From positions 512,001 through 576,000 of the forward strand of contig CAVXRD010000003.1 in the NCBI GenBank assembly GCA_963764165.1: DNA of 64,000 nucleotides, written 5' to 3'. Positions 17,740 through 27,732 of this stretch are shown piece by piece. Position 1 is the stretch's first letter; every line of letters begins with the position of its first letter. The notes below the pieces were generated by a model that was not told the origin of the DNA, ran no database searches, and saw nothing but the letters and a program-made list of their open reading frames with translations. This DNA comes from an uncultured Verrucomicrobiae bacterium. Lineage in GTDB: Bacteria > Verrucomicrobiota > Verrucomicrobiia > Limisphaerales > Palsa-1400. The translations under genes and the position numbers were made by a program.

Positions 17740-18771
17740 ATGAAATATCAGCTTGATTTTGAGAAGCCGGTTTTGGAGCTGCAGCGCAAGCTGGAAGAGC
17801 TGAAGAGACATCCCGAAGACCACTCGCTTGACGTTTCCTTTGAGGAGGAAGTGGCGATCATCGAGAAGAAAATCGAGGAGATGCGGCGCGAGATTTTTGC
17901 CAATCTCAGCCCGTGGGACCGGGTCAAAATCGCGCGCCATCCGAAGCGCCCTTTCATGCTCGATTACGCGGAATCGATCTTCGCCGAGTTCAACGAGCTG
18001 CATGGCGACCGTTTGTTCGCTGATGACGCCGCTTTAGTTTGCGGTTTCGCCAAATTAGGCGAGCACAAGGTCTTGCTCATCGGCACGCAAAAAGGCCGGG
18101 ACACCAAGGAAAACATCAAGCGCAACTTCGGCTCGGCCATGCCTGAAGGCTATCGCAAAGCCATGCGCTTGATGAAACTGGCCGACAAATTCGGGCTGCC
18201 GATTATTTCGCTAATCGACACCCCGGGCGCATATCCCGGCATTGGCGCGGAAGAGCGGCACGTCGCCGAAGCCATCGCCGTCAACCTGCGCGAAATGATG
18301 CTGCTGGACGTTCCGATTGTGGCGGCGGTCATTGGCGAAGGCGGATCGGGCGGCGCGCTCGGCATCGGCGTGGCGGATCGAGTTTTGATTTTGGAAAACG
18401 CCTACTACTCAGTCATCAGTCCGGAGGGTTGCGCCGCGATTCTGTGGAAAGACCGCGCCGCCGCGCCAAAGGCTGCCCAGGCTTTGCGCATCTCCGCAAA
18501 CGATTTGAAGGAACTTGGCCTTGTTGATGAAGTCGTGCCCGAACCGCTCGGCGGCGCACACACAGACGCGCAAAAGATGGGCAAGAGCCTGCAGTCCGCG
18601 CTCATTTCCAATCTCGAAGCGCTGAAAAAAATCTCCGGCGCCGAGCGCCTGAAAATGCGCTACGAAAAATACAGGGCCTACGGGCGCTTCACCGAAGAGC
18701 AGAAAAAAACCGCCGGCATGGAAAACGGCCAGGCGGATCGAAACGGCACACACGCGGGCAACGGCTCGTAG
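17740..18771 (+). CDS. accA: Acetyl-CoA carboxylase carboxyltransferase alpha subunit
   Basis: LDFEKP; ARHPKRP; PEGYRKA; IDTPGAYPG; GEGGSGGALG; SVISPEGCAAILW. Confidence 0.97.
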   Translation: MKYQLDFEKPVLELQRKLEELKRHPEDHSLDVSFEEEVAIIEKKIEEMRREIFANLSPWDRVKIARHPKRPFMLDYAESIFAEFNELHGDRLFADDAALVCGFAKLGEHKVLLIGTQKGRDTKENIKRNFGSAMPEGYRKAMRLMKLADKFGLPIISLIDTPGAYPGIGAEERHVAEAIAVNLREMMLLDVPIVAAVIGEGGSGGALGIGVADRVLILENAYYSVISPEGCAAILWKDRAAAPKAAQALRISANDLKELGLVDEVVPEPLGGAHTDAQKMGKSLQSALISNLEALKKISGAERLKMRYEKYRAYGRFTEEQKKTAGMENGQADRNGTHAGNGS

Positions 18772-18780
18772 GAATTCAAC

Positions 18781-19752
18781 ATGGTTAATCTCTATCCGTT
18801 GACGTTCGAGCCGATCTTCAAGGAACGGATTTGGGGCGGGCGCAAGCTCGAATCTCTCTACGGAAAAGCGCTGCCGCCCGGCCCGCCGATTGGCGAATCG
18901 TGGGAAGTCACTGACCGGCCCGGCGATGAGAGCGTTGTGGCGTCCGGCCCGTTAAAGGGGCGCACGCTTCATTGGCTGATGGAAAACTGCCCAGCCGCGC
19001 TGCTTGGTTTCCTGAAGCCCATTCCAAAGCGTTTTCCGCTGTTAATAAAAATTCTTGACGCCAACGCCACGCTTTCCCTGCAAGTGCATCCGCCGCCTTT
19101 TGTTGCGCCTTCGCTCGGCGGCGAACCGAAAACGGAAATGTGGTATGTGGCGCAAGCCCAGCCCGGCGCGGAGCTTTTTGTCGGACTCAAGAACGGCGTC
19201 ACACGCGCGGAATTTGAGAGCAAGCTGGCTTCGCAAAAAGTGGCGGAATGCTTTCACGTTGTCCAAGTCAAGGAGGGCGATTCGATGTTTCTGCCCAGCG
19301 GCCGTGTCCACGCCCTCGGCGCGGGCCTCGTGATTTTTGAAATCCAGCAAAACTCGGACACGACCTATCGCGTGTTTGACTGGAATCGGGTGGAGCGCGA
19401 TGGGAAGCCCCGCGCGTTGCACATCCCGCAATCGCTGGCCAGCATCAACTTCAACGATTTTGAACCGGCCCTTTTGCCGCGCGACACTTCCCCTGCCCAG
19501 CCGGGAACCGTTCGCCCGCTGATAAATGATCCGTTGTTTAACGTCGAATTGCGGCAGTGGGCGCCCGGCGACTCGCAGACATGGCCCGGGGGAAAAATGC
19601 GCATTCTCGGAGTCGTCGAGGGCAAGTTGATGATTGAAGGTTCTGGGGAGCAAGTTGAGATTCCGGCTGGTGGCTTTTGCCTGATCCCGGCGCAATGCGA
19701 TGCCACGAAAGGGCAGGCATTGCGCGAAACGAAATTCCTGGAGATTCTATGA
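18781..19752 (+). CDS. manA: Type I mannose-6-phosphate isomerase
   Basis: IWGG; GESWE; FPLLIKILDA..LSLQVHP; KTEMWY; EIQQNSDTTYR. Confidence 0.9.
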   Translation: MVNLYPLTFEPIFKERIWGGRKLESLYGKALPPGPPIGESWEVTDRPGDESVVASGPLKGRTLHWLMENCPAALLGFLKPIPKRFPLLIKILDANATLSLQVHPPPFVAPSLGGEPKTEMWYVAQAQPGAELFVGLKNGVTRAEFESKLASQKVAECFHVVQVKEGDSMFLPSGRVHALGAGLVIFEIQQNSDTTYRVFDWNRVERDGKPRALHIPQSLASINFNDFEPALLPRDTSPAQPGTVRPLINDPLFNVELRQWAPGDSQTWPGGKMRILGVVEGKLMIEGSGEQVEIPAGGFCLIPAQCDATKGQALRETKFLEIL

Positions 19753-21092
19753 AAAACTCAAACGGCATGACAGTAAGTCTGGTGATGGCGGCACTGCCCT
19801 GCATTGCGGGCATCTGCTCCGCCGCCAATTGGCCGCAATTTCGCGGCCTCGATTCCTCTGGCGTCGACAGCAGCGCACCTGCGCCGGTGAATTGGAATGT
19901 CGAAAAAGGCGAGAACATCCGCTGGCGCACGGAAATTCCCGGCCTCGCGCATTCGTCGCCGATTATTTGGGGAGATCGCATTTATTTGACGACAGCGGTC
20001 GGCGATCCCAAGCAGGACGTCAAAATCGGACTTTACGGCGATATTGCTTCCGCCAATGACGAGGATTCGCATCAATGGCGCATGCTGGCAATTGACAAGG
20101 GTTCGGGCAAAATTATTTGGGATAAACTGGCGACCGAAGGAATTCCTCGCGGCAAACGCCATCCCAAGGCGACTCATTGCAACTCGACACCCGCCACCGA
20201 CGGCGATCGGGTGGTGGCCATTTATGGCTCGGAAGGTTTGTTCTGCCTCGATCACGACGGCAAGGTTATCTGGCATGACGACCTTGGGCGGATGAAGTCG
20301 GGGTATTATGTCGTGCCGAGCGCGGAGTGGGGATTTTCGAGTTCGCCAATCATTCACGAGGGCAAAGTCATCGTTTTGTGCGATGTGCTGGGAGATTCCT
20401 TTATCGCCAGCTTCAATCTGGCTGACGGCCACGAACTTTGGCGAACGAAGCGGAAAGACGTCCCAACATGGAGCACTCCGGCAATCGCGAAAGTCGGCGC
20501 TCGCACGGAAATTCTGGTGAACGGCTGGCATCATACAGGAGCATACGACTTTGCCAATGGGAATGAGATTTGGAAAATCGACGGCGGCGGAGATATTCCA
20601 GTGCCGACTCCGATCGTCTCGGACGGCATGGTTTATTTCACCAGCGCCCACGGCGGGCAACGCCCGATGCGCGCGGTGAAATTGGACGACCACCTCGTCA
20701 CTGTCACCGCCCAGGGGGTGACAAATCCGGCGGTCGCATGGCAGCAGGATCGCAAGGGTGATTATTTGCTGACCCCGATTCTCGTTGGGCCTTGCGTTTA
20801 CTCCTGCCAGGACGGAATTGTAAATTGCTTCGACGCGAAAACGGGCGATGTCAAATATAGCGAGCGATTGGGCGACGGCACGGAAGGCTTCACGGCCTCG
20901 CCAGTGTCAGATGGAAAGAACATCTATTTTACAAGCGAGACGGGCAAAGTCTATGTCGTTCCAGCCTCAGGGGCTTTCTCCGTCACCGCCTCGAACAAGC
21001 TAAACGACACCTGCCTCGCCAGCGCTGCCGTTTCGGACGGGACAATCTTTTTCAGAACGCGCCGGGAATTAATGGCCATTGGGAAGCCGTAG
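19749..21092 (+). CDS. PQQ-binding-like beta-propeller repeat protein
   Basis: NWPQFRG; HSSPIIWGDRIY; STPATDG; SSP; ASP repeats; signal peptide. Confidence 0.88.
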   Translation: MKNSNGMTVSLVMAALPCIAGICSAANWPQFRGLDSSGVDSSAPAPVNWNVEKGENIRWRTEIPGLAHSSPIIWGDRIYLTTAVGDPKQDVKIGLYGDIASANDEDSHQWRMLAIDKGSGKIIWDKLATEGIPRGKRHPKATHCNSTPATDGDRVVAIYGSEGLFCLDHDGKVIWHDDLGRMKSGYYVVPSAEWGFSSSPIIHEGKVIVLCDVLGDSFIASFNLADGHELWRTKRKDVPTWSTPAIAKVGARTEILVNGWHHTGAYDFANGNEIWKIDGGGDIPVPTPIVSDGMVYFTSAHGGQRPMRAVKLDDHLVTVTAQGVTNPAVAWQQDRKGDYLLTPILVGPCVYSCQDGIVNCFDAKTGDVKYSERLGDGTEGFTASPVSDGKNIYFTSETGKVYVVPASGAFSVTASNKLNDTCLASAAVSDGTIFFRTRRELMAIGKP

Positions 21093-21160
21093 GCGGAATT
21101 TCGGAGAAACTCTCAATCCCTGCAAATCGTGGCAGGTCGAGGCTCGCCGAGCCACATCCG

Positions 21161-21252
21161 TCGCAGCGCAGACTTCCAAATCCGCTTGCCTCAACACCGA
21201 ATGCAGGCTTCGACGCCTGCGACACGGCAAGTTTGGAAAGCCTGCGCTGCGA
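21161..21252. repeat. REPIN-like inverted repeat between convergent genes
   Basis: TCGCAGCGCAGACTTCCAAA / TTTGGAAAGCCTGCGCTGCGA arms, with inner hairpin GCAGGC-TTCGAC-GCCTGC. Confidence 0.6.
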
Positions 21253-21355
21253 AAAGACGGTTTATTGCAGCCTCGTCCTACCACGCTTATTTCGTGATCG
21301 AGGCTGCCGGAACACTAAAAATTTCGCGGAAATCGTGCTCCCTACTCCACCGCAC

Positions 21356-22789
21356 TCATGCCGGTTTTGGAGGCATCTTATATTCGTGCATGCCGAGGTA
21401 GTTGGGCATCGGGACCGGGTACTTGCCTTCGGCGTCGCCGACGATGGGCGCCGGTGAATCCATCTTCCAATTCTCAATGTTGGGCGCGTAAACGTCATCA
21501 GAATTGAGCATGTCGTTATACGTCACTTCGTCTCCGCAGTGCGCAGCCAGGCGTCCCATCGACGTGACCACACTGGCTTTGATGCCGCGTGGAACTTCAT
21601 TGTAGGGCTTGTCGTTGCGGATGGCGTCAACCAGTTCATTCCATTCGTTCTGATAAGGATTCATATCCTTGCCGGGAACTTTTGAAGACCAGACAGCGGC
21701 GCTGGATGACGGCTTCTGCGTTGTAAAAATGTGCGTCTGTCCGCCGAAATCCCCGTTGTCCGCTGCGATGGCGCTGCCTTTGCTGCCGTGGACGTAACTG
21801 TTGTAGATGTCCTTGCAACGATGCTCGTTGCGGCCGTCCATGTACATTTTTGTGCCATCATCGAAGGTATATTCCACCGAGTAATGGTCGAAGTTTTGAT
21901 CCACCTGCGGCGTGCCATCCGGCTCCGTGCGATAATGGCGCCCGCCTAGGGCCTGCGCCTTGACCGGCCACGCGTTCTTGATCATGCAGAGATGATCAAT
22001 ATGGTGAATGTAAAAATCGCTGTACAGCCCGCCACTGGCCCAAATAAAACTGTGGAAGCGCGAAATCTGCCAGAGCAGTTCGCTGGGATCGTTGGGCGGC
22101 CCCGGCCAGCGCGTCGAGAAACACGCCGCCAATTCTCCCCCCGCCATCCGATAGCCGCGCATGCAAATGATGTCACCAAGCCGTCCTTCCGCGACCTGTT
22201 CCGCCAACGCCTGCAGTGGGCGGTGGTGCCGGCACATCAAGCCAACGCCGACTTTTAAATTCTTCGCGCTGGCCTGTTCCGCCAACTGCAACATTTTCCG
22301 GGAACTCGGGCCGTCCGCCGTGAGCGGCTTTTCCATGAACACGTTCAGGCCCTTGGAGATGGCGTATTGAAAATGAACCCAGCGGAAGGCCAGCGGCGTC
22401 GTGAAAATGGCAACATCGCCCGGCTTCAAACAATCCATTGCGTGCTGATAGGCGTCGAATCCGATGAACTTGTGCTCTGGTGAAACTTCAACATTGGCGC
22501 CGCATTCCTTGTCGTTTTTCAAACTGTCGTAACAGCCATTCAACTTGTGCGGAAAAACATCCGCCATGGCTGCCAGTTTGACAGGCGTGCTCTGGACGCA
22601 CATCGCGTTTTTGGCCGCGCCCCCGCCGCGCCCACCGCACCCGATCAACGCCACTTTCAAGGCATCGCTGCCCTGGGCGTGGACGTGTGGGAGGGTCAGC
22701 CCGGCAAGCGCCGAGACTGCCGCCACGCGGCCTGTGGTTTTCAGAAACTCCCGTCGGGAGGAAAGTGAAGAGTTAGTCGATTCGCTCAT
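21356..22789 (-). CDS. Tat-exported Gfo/Idh/MocA oxidoreductase
   Basis: SRREFLK Tat motif; ALIGCGGRG; FMEKP. Confidence 0.9.
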   Translation of the reverse strand: MSESTNSSLSSRREFLKTTGRVAAVSALAGLTLPHVHAQGSDALKVALIGCGGRGGGAAKNAMCVQSTPVKLAAMADVFPHKLNGCYDSLKNDKECGANVEVSPEHKFIGFDAYQHAMDCLKPGDVAIFTTPLAFRWVHFQYAISKGLNVFMEKPLTADGPSSRKMLQLAEQASAKNLKVGVGLMCRHHRPLQALAEQVAEGRLGDIICMRGYRMAGGELAACFSTRWPGPPNDPSELLWQISRFHSFIWASGGLYSDFYIHHIDHLCMIKNAWPVKAQALGGRHYRTEPDGTPQVDQNFDHYSVEYTFDDGTKMYMDGRNEHRCKDIYNSYVHGSKGSAIAADNGDFGGQTHIFTTQKPSSSAAVWSSKVPGKDMNPYQNEWNELVDAIRNDKPYNEVPRGIKASVVTSMGRLAAHCGDEVTYNDMLNSDDVYAPNIENWKMDSPAPIVGDAEGKYPVPMPNYLGMHEYKMPPKPA

Positions 22790-22855
22790 AAATGATTCAA
22801 GTTGGACGCGCAATACTGCTGACGGCTTCAATAAATCCTGAGCGGCGGAGAAAAC

Positions 22856-23986
22856 TCAAGACTTCTTCGATGAGCGCGCCGGAATTCCCGCCAACCGCGA
22901 TAGCTCGCGATGAATGCGGGCGACGCGCTCAACTTGGCCCTTGGCCGGAAACCTCTCGTAGAAACCGTCTTTCTTGAATTGCCGCGCCTGCTCCGTCCAA
23001 GGCGCCAGCCGCTGGCGCCAGCGTTCGATCCTGCCCTCGGCGGGCTCCGAATCAACCGCGTCCAAGTCCGCGCAAACGCGAAGCATCGCCTTGAGCGCGA
23101 CAGGCTTGGTCACCATCGAGCCGGCGTCTCCCCAGGATTCGCCCCAAACCTCCGCCGCCGCCTTTAGAAAATCGCGGACGACCGTATAGTATTTACCGGC
23201 GAGCCTTTTGTCCGGCCCTTCCTTTTCAATGAGCGCCCACGCCAGGCGAACCCATCGGTGGATTTCGTTGAACAGCTCGGCCTGAAGTATCCACTTCTCC
23301 TGTCTGCTGCGACCGCCGAGGCGGTTGATGCGGTAGCGCAACGGGCTGTCGGACTCGTTGTAAAGCATTTCGGAAATGGTCGCCGCGAAACGCCGGTCCG
23401 GCTCCGCCCACGAGACGCGCTCGTAAAGATCGACTAAATGGCTCTTGTTGATGCGCGTCGGCGTCGAGTTGATGATGACGAACATCTCGGTGGCGAAATC
23501 CTCGCTGCGCCCGTCAAAAATCACGCACGGGACAGAGATGTTGCGAGCTTCCTCCGGATGCGTCGTCATGAAAAATTGCAGCGCCGCGAGCCGGTGCTGG
23601 CCGTCAATGATCAGAAATTTCTCGCCGGGCACCTGCAGCTTCCCGACGCCGGAACCATCCGTCCACGCCTCAAAATGGAGCTTTTGCGGTGTGAACAAAA
23701 GGACGGTGCCCGGAATCGGCGGCTGGGAAATGGCGGTTTCATAAAAATTCCGAATGGCGCGCACCTTCGCCTTGGAGACCTCGCGCTGGAACGCTTTGTC
23801 GCTCCGCTCGATCTTGGCGATGAAGAGCGCCACGTCATCCTGCTCCTCGACATGCTCGGGTTGAATCTGGCCGCCTTCCTCGTCGTAAAACCGGCTGATG
23901 AACCGGACGTGCTGGAGCAATTTGTCCGACGGAAACGAAGCGAAATAAAAGATGGCATCCTTCTGGCGAATCTGTGTCGCGATCAT
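22856..23986 (-). CDS. DGQHR-domain protein (DndB/ParB-like fold)
   Basis: FQR; IPGTVLL; IIDGQHRLAAL; EMFVIINST. Confidence 0.88.
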   Translation of the reverse strand: MIATQIRQKDAIFYFASFPSDKLLQHVRFISRFYDEEGGQIQPEHVEEQDDVALFIAKIERSDKAFQREVSKAKVRAIRNFYETAISQPPIPGTVLLFTPQKLHFEAWTDGSGVGKLQVPGEKFLIIDGQHRLAALQFFMTTHPEEARNISVPCVIFDGRSEDFATEMFVIINSTPTRINKSHLVDLYERVSWAEPDRRFAATISEMLYNESDSPLRYRINRLGGRSRQEKWILQAELFNEIHRWVRLAWALIEKEGPDKRLAGKYYTVVRDFLKAAAEVWGESWGDAGSMVTKPVALKAMLRVCADLDAVDSEPAEGRIERWRQRLAPWTEQARQFKKDGFYERFPAKGQVERVARIHRELSRLAGIPARSSKKS

Positions 23987-24182
23987 AAGATTTTGATGAG
24001 TTCCGCAGCGCACGAAGCGCGGAACAAAATTACAACAGCATCAAGAAAATTGCCACAGAATTTGTGTGACATTAATTTCGCCGGCGCGTGGAGATTGCTC
24101 TCGCGAAGCGAGGCGTCGAGGCTTCCGCGCCCCCTGAATTCGCTTCCCTTTTTCAGCGGCTTGTGCCTCTTTGTCCAACCTG

Positions 24183-25448
24183 ATGATGGAAAGATTGCCC
24201 GGTTTCCGTGACTTTTATCCCGAGCCGCTTCCGCATTCCGATGTCTGGAGCGCGGAGGCGCGGCGCCATATTTTTGACACCTGGAGCGAAACGGCCCGCC
24301 GCTATGGCTTTTCCGAATACGACGGCCCGCCGCTCGAACCGCTCGAACTTTACACGCTCAAGAGTGGCGACGAAATTGTCGGGCAGCTCTACAATTTCTC
24401 CGACAAGGGCGATCGCGCGATCTCGCTGCGGCCGGAAATGACGCCGACGCTGGCCCGCATGATTTCCGCGCACGAGCGCAATTACAAAAAGCCGATCAAG
24501 TGGTTCGCCATCCCGCAGCTTTTCCGCTACGAACGGCAGCAAAAAGGCCGGCTGCGCGAGCACTTCCAATTCAACGCCGATCTCATCGGCGAGGCCGGCC
24601 CAGCGGCGGACGCGGAATTGGTGGCATTGCTGATCGATTGCCTGCGCGGCTTTGGTTTAACAGCCGATGATTTTGTCATCCGCCTAAGCAGTCGCAACGC
24701 GTGGCAGGAATTTTTCCGCCAGCGCAGTTCCAAAACGGAAGACGAATACGCCTTTTACCAGGCCATTGACAAATTGGAACGCGATGCGCCGGAGGAAAGC
24801 CAAAAGAAACTCGGCGCAGTCGGAATTGCGTTTGAGGACGTGTCCAAGTTCATCGCCGAAGGCAAACCGACGGCGGAATTGCAGGCGGTCCTTGATAATC
24901 TTGCAGCTCGCGGCCTCGCATCTTTCGTCAAAGTTGATTACTGCGTCATTCGCGGACTGGCGTATTACACGGGCGTCGTCTTCGAGGCGTTTGCCAAAGT
25001 GGAGGAATTGCGAGCCATTGCGGGCGGGGGGCGTTACGACAATTTGATCAAGCTCATTTCCGGCGGCAAAGTGGATTTGCCCGCGCTCGGTTTCGGCATG
25101 GGCGATGTCGTCCTGCTTGAATTGCTCAAGGCGCGCAAGCTCTTGCCCGCTTTCGATTCACGAACGGATGTTTATTGCCTGATTGAAGACGAATCAATGC
25201 GGCCGCAATCGCTGGGGCTTGTGCAATCGCTGCGGGGAAAGGGATGCGCGGTGGAATACTCCCTCACGCCGGCAAAGTCAGACAAGCAATTCAAGCGCGC
25301 GATGGAATTGAAGGCGCGCTGCACATGCAAAATTGTGGCAGGGCCAGACGGTGGGTGGGAAGTGAAACTCAAGAATCTTGCCACGCGCGCGGAAAAAACG
25401 ATGTCCCTGGACGAGGCTCGCCGCGCAGATATTTCAGCCTTTCGCTGA
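24183..25448 (+). CDS. hisS: Histidine--tRNA ligase
   Basis: LRPEMTP; FRYERQQKGRLREHFQ; RGLAYYTG; AGGGRYD; anticodon-binding C-terminal domain present. Confidence 0.93.
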   Translation: MMERLPGFRDFYPEPLPHSDVWSAEARRHIFDTWSETARRYGFSEYDGPPLEPLELYTLKSGDEIVGQLYNFSDKGDRAISLRPEMTPTLARMISAHERNYKKPIKWFAIPQLFRYERQQKGRLREHFQFNADLIGEAGPAADAELVALLIDCLRGFGLTADDFVIRLSSRNAWQEFFRQRSSKTEDEYAFYQAIDKLERDAPEESQKKLGAVGIAFEDVSKFIAEGKPTAELQAVLDNLAARGLASFVKVDYCVIRGLAYYTGVVFEAFAKVEELRAIAGGGRYDNLIKLISGGKVDLPALGFGMGDVVLLELLKARKLLPAFDSRTDVYCLIEDESMRPQSLGLVQSLRGKGCAVEYSLTPAKSDKQFKRAMELKARCTCKIVAGPDGGWEVKLKNLATRAEKTMSLDEARRADISAFR

Positions 25449-26498
25449 AACTGAGTTAACCGGCAGCCGCACGGTCACGGTGGTGAGTTGGCCCGGCTCG
25501 GAGACAATTTCTATTGTGCCGCCGTGCGCTGTGACAATCCACTTGGCGATGCAAAGACCGAGCCCGCAGCCTTCAACAGCGCGGCCGTGGGCCGGATCAC
25601 CGCGAAAAAATCGGTCAAAGACTCGCGGCAGCGCCGCCGCAGGAATCCCCGGACCGGTGTTGGCGATGGTGAATTCCGCAAATGATCCCGCGCGGCGCAA
25701 AGCCATCGCAACCGAACCGTGCGATTGATTATATTTGACAGCATTGTCCACGAGATTCAGCAGCAATTGCCGCAGGCGATGCGCGTCACCCTGCCCCGTC
25801 ATTTCCTCGCAGGCTGTCAACTCAACGTGAAGGCCTTGCGGCTCGGCCAGAATCTGCGCGTCGGCAAAACTGTCGCGCACCAATTCGTCCAAACGAACTT
25901 TTTCGAGTGTCAGCGAAACCAATCCAGCGTCGGCCTTGGTCAGCAGCGTCAGCCCGTCCACGATGCGCGAGAGGCGATGCAGTTCCTCCAATTGGCTGGC
26001 GGCCCGTTCGCGCTGCGCCGGCGTGAGCGATTCGTCCCGCAACTGCGTCTCGATTTCTCCGCACAGAACGGTGACGGGTGTTTTAAGCTCGTGCGATGCA
26101 TGGAGCGTGAATTCGCGAATTCGGGCAAAAGAATTGTTCAACCGGGCGGTCATGGCGTTGAGAACTTCGCTCAGCCGGTCCAATTCGTCGCCGTTGCCGG
26201 TGCGCGGCAAAGCCTGGCCGAGGGTGGATTCGTTGATCTGTTCGGCGGCAAGAGTGAGATCCCGCACGGGCGCCAGGGAACGGCGCATCAGCCACCAACC
26301 GCCGCCAATGCTCACCAGGGCCGCCGGAACACCCACCCAAAACACAATCTGAAGAATATCATCCTCGTCTCTTTCCGCCTTTCCGGCGCGATGCTCGTCC
26401 CGCTCATGCGATTCATCGAGCGTCAGCACCGCGATGAGAGCCAGCGAGGCCAGCAGCACGGCGGCGTTGCAGAGCGTCAGGCGGGTTCGAATCGTCAC
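25434..26498 (-). CDS. HAMP sensor histidine kinase (CusS-like)
   Basis: Two TM helices; ASHELKTP; NLVDNAVKY; GPGI; FDRFFR; GLGL. Confidence 0.93.
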   Translation of the reverse strand: MTIRTRLTLCNAAVLLASLALIAVLTLDESHERDEHRAGKAERDEDDILQIVFWVGVPAALVSIGGGWWLMRRSLAPVRDLTLAAEQINESTLGQALPRTGNGDELDRLSEVLNAMTARLNNSFARIREFTLHASHELKTPVTVLCGEIETQLRDESLTPAQRERAASQLEELHRLSRIVDGLTLLTKADAGLVSLTLEKVRLDELVRDSFADAQILAEPQGLHVELTACEEMTGQGDAHRLRQLLLNLVDNAVKYNQSHGSVAMALRRAGSFAEFTIANTGPGIPAAALPRVFDRFFRGDPAHGRAVEGCGLGLCIAKWIVTAHGGTIEIVSEPGQLTTVTVRLPVNSVSAKG

Positions 26499-27169
26499 GC
26501 CGATTCCTTCATCACGTAGCCCGAGCCACGCACCGTATGGACGAGCTTGACATCAAAGTTCGCATCAATTTTTTCGCGCAGGCGGCGGATATAGACATCC
26601 ACCAGATTCGTGCCCGGATCAAAATCGTAATCCCAAACCTTTTCCAGGATCATCATGCGTCCGCAGAGGCGGCCGGCGGAGCGCATAAGGTATTCCAGAA
26701 GCCGGAATTCGCGGGTGGTCAGGGTAATTTCGGACGCGCCACGGCGCGCCTGGCGGGAAAGAGTGTCGAGCGTCAAATCTCCCAGGCGCAGAACGGTTGA
26801 CTTGTTCTCCGTCCCGCGGCGCGTGAGCGAGCGCACGCGCGCCACCAGCTCAACCAGTTCAAACGGCTTGGGCAAATAATCGTCCGCCCCGGTGTTCAAG
26901 CCCTCCACCCTTTCGTTGACCTCACCGCGCGCTGACAACAACAGGATGGGTGTGGAATTGCGGTTCTGGCGCAACTGCCGCACGACGCTCAAGCCGTCGC
27001 GTCCCGGCAGCATGATGTCCAGCACCACACCGTCGAAAGGCGTGGTGCCGGCCAGCATCAAGGCTTCGTTGCCGTCCGCGCAAACATCCACCGCGAAGCC
27101 TTCCACTTGCAGCGCTTTGCGAATAAACGAGGCCGTTTTCCGGTCATCTTCCACTACTAGGATGCGCAT
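26495..27169 (-). CDS. OmpR-family response regulator (CusR/CopR-like)
   Basis: LDIMLPGRDG; GADDYLPKPF; VWDYDFDPGTNLVDVYIRRLR; HTVRG.GY. Confidence 0.94.
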   Translation of the reverse strand: MRILVVEDDRKTASFIRKALQVEGFAVDVCADGNEALMLAGTTPFDGVVLDIMLPGRDGLSVVRQLRQNRNSTPILLLSARGEVNERVEGLNTGADDYLPKPFELVELVARVRSLTRRGTENKSTVLRLGDLTLDTLSRQARRGASEITLTTREFRLLEYLMRSAGRLCGRMMILEKVWDYDFDPGTNLVDVYIRRLREKIDANFDVKLVHTVRGSGYVMKESA

Positions 27170-27220
27170 GGGTTGAATCCTAACCTCGCCGGATGGGGCA
27201 CGGCAATTTCCGTCGCCGAC

Positions 27221-27556
27221 CTATTTATCGTCGTCCTTCTCGGCTTTTTCCTTGTTCGCCTTTTCGTGCTCAACGTTCACGATTTCACCGGTGATGGCGT
27301 TCACATTGACCTCAGTGAGGTCCTTGGTGCCGGGTGTGGCGATGTCAAATGACCAGATGAGCTTGCCGTGTTCGCGCTCCAATTCCGCTTCCTTGACGGT
27401 GCCGTCGGTGACTTTGGCCAGGGCGGTCGCCTGGGCATCGGCCTTGCTAATTTTTGCCTCCGCCTGGAGGCTGGCCTCGCTTTCGTGGCTTTCGGACTCG
27501 CACCCGGCGAAAAAGCCGGCGGCCAGGATGGAACACAGTGTCAAACGTATTTTCAT
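27221..27556 (-). CDS. PepSY-domain lipoprotein
   Basis: Lipobox FFAGC; 'ISKADAQATAL...G.V.EAELERE.G.LIW...EVNVNA.TGEIV'. Confidence 0.88.
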   Translation of the reverse strand: MKIRLTLCSILAAGFFAGCESESHESEASLQAEAKISKADAQATALAKVTDGTVKEAELEREHGKLIWSFDIATPGTKDLTEVNVNAITGEIVNVEHEKANKEKAEKDDDK

Positions 27557-27631
27557 GGAATAATCCTTTATATTTATTGTTAACTGCGGTTGAACTGTAG
27601 TCCTCGCGCATGAAGCCCCCATAAATCCGGC

Positions 27632-27647
27632 ATGACAGTTTCGTCAT
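27632..27647. promoter_or_regulatory. CusR/CopR-type palindromic operator upstream of the PepSY-RR-HK unit
   Basis: ATGAC-AGTTTC-GTCAT, about 75 nt upstream of the PepSY start. Confidence 0.55.
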
Positions 27648-27732
27648 TTGCCGCGCGGATTGCCGAATCTCTCCATCCGCAAGGAGAGACTTTGGCGTTC
27701 GACGCCTCAGTCAGCGATTAGACCAGCTTATA

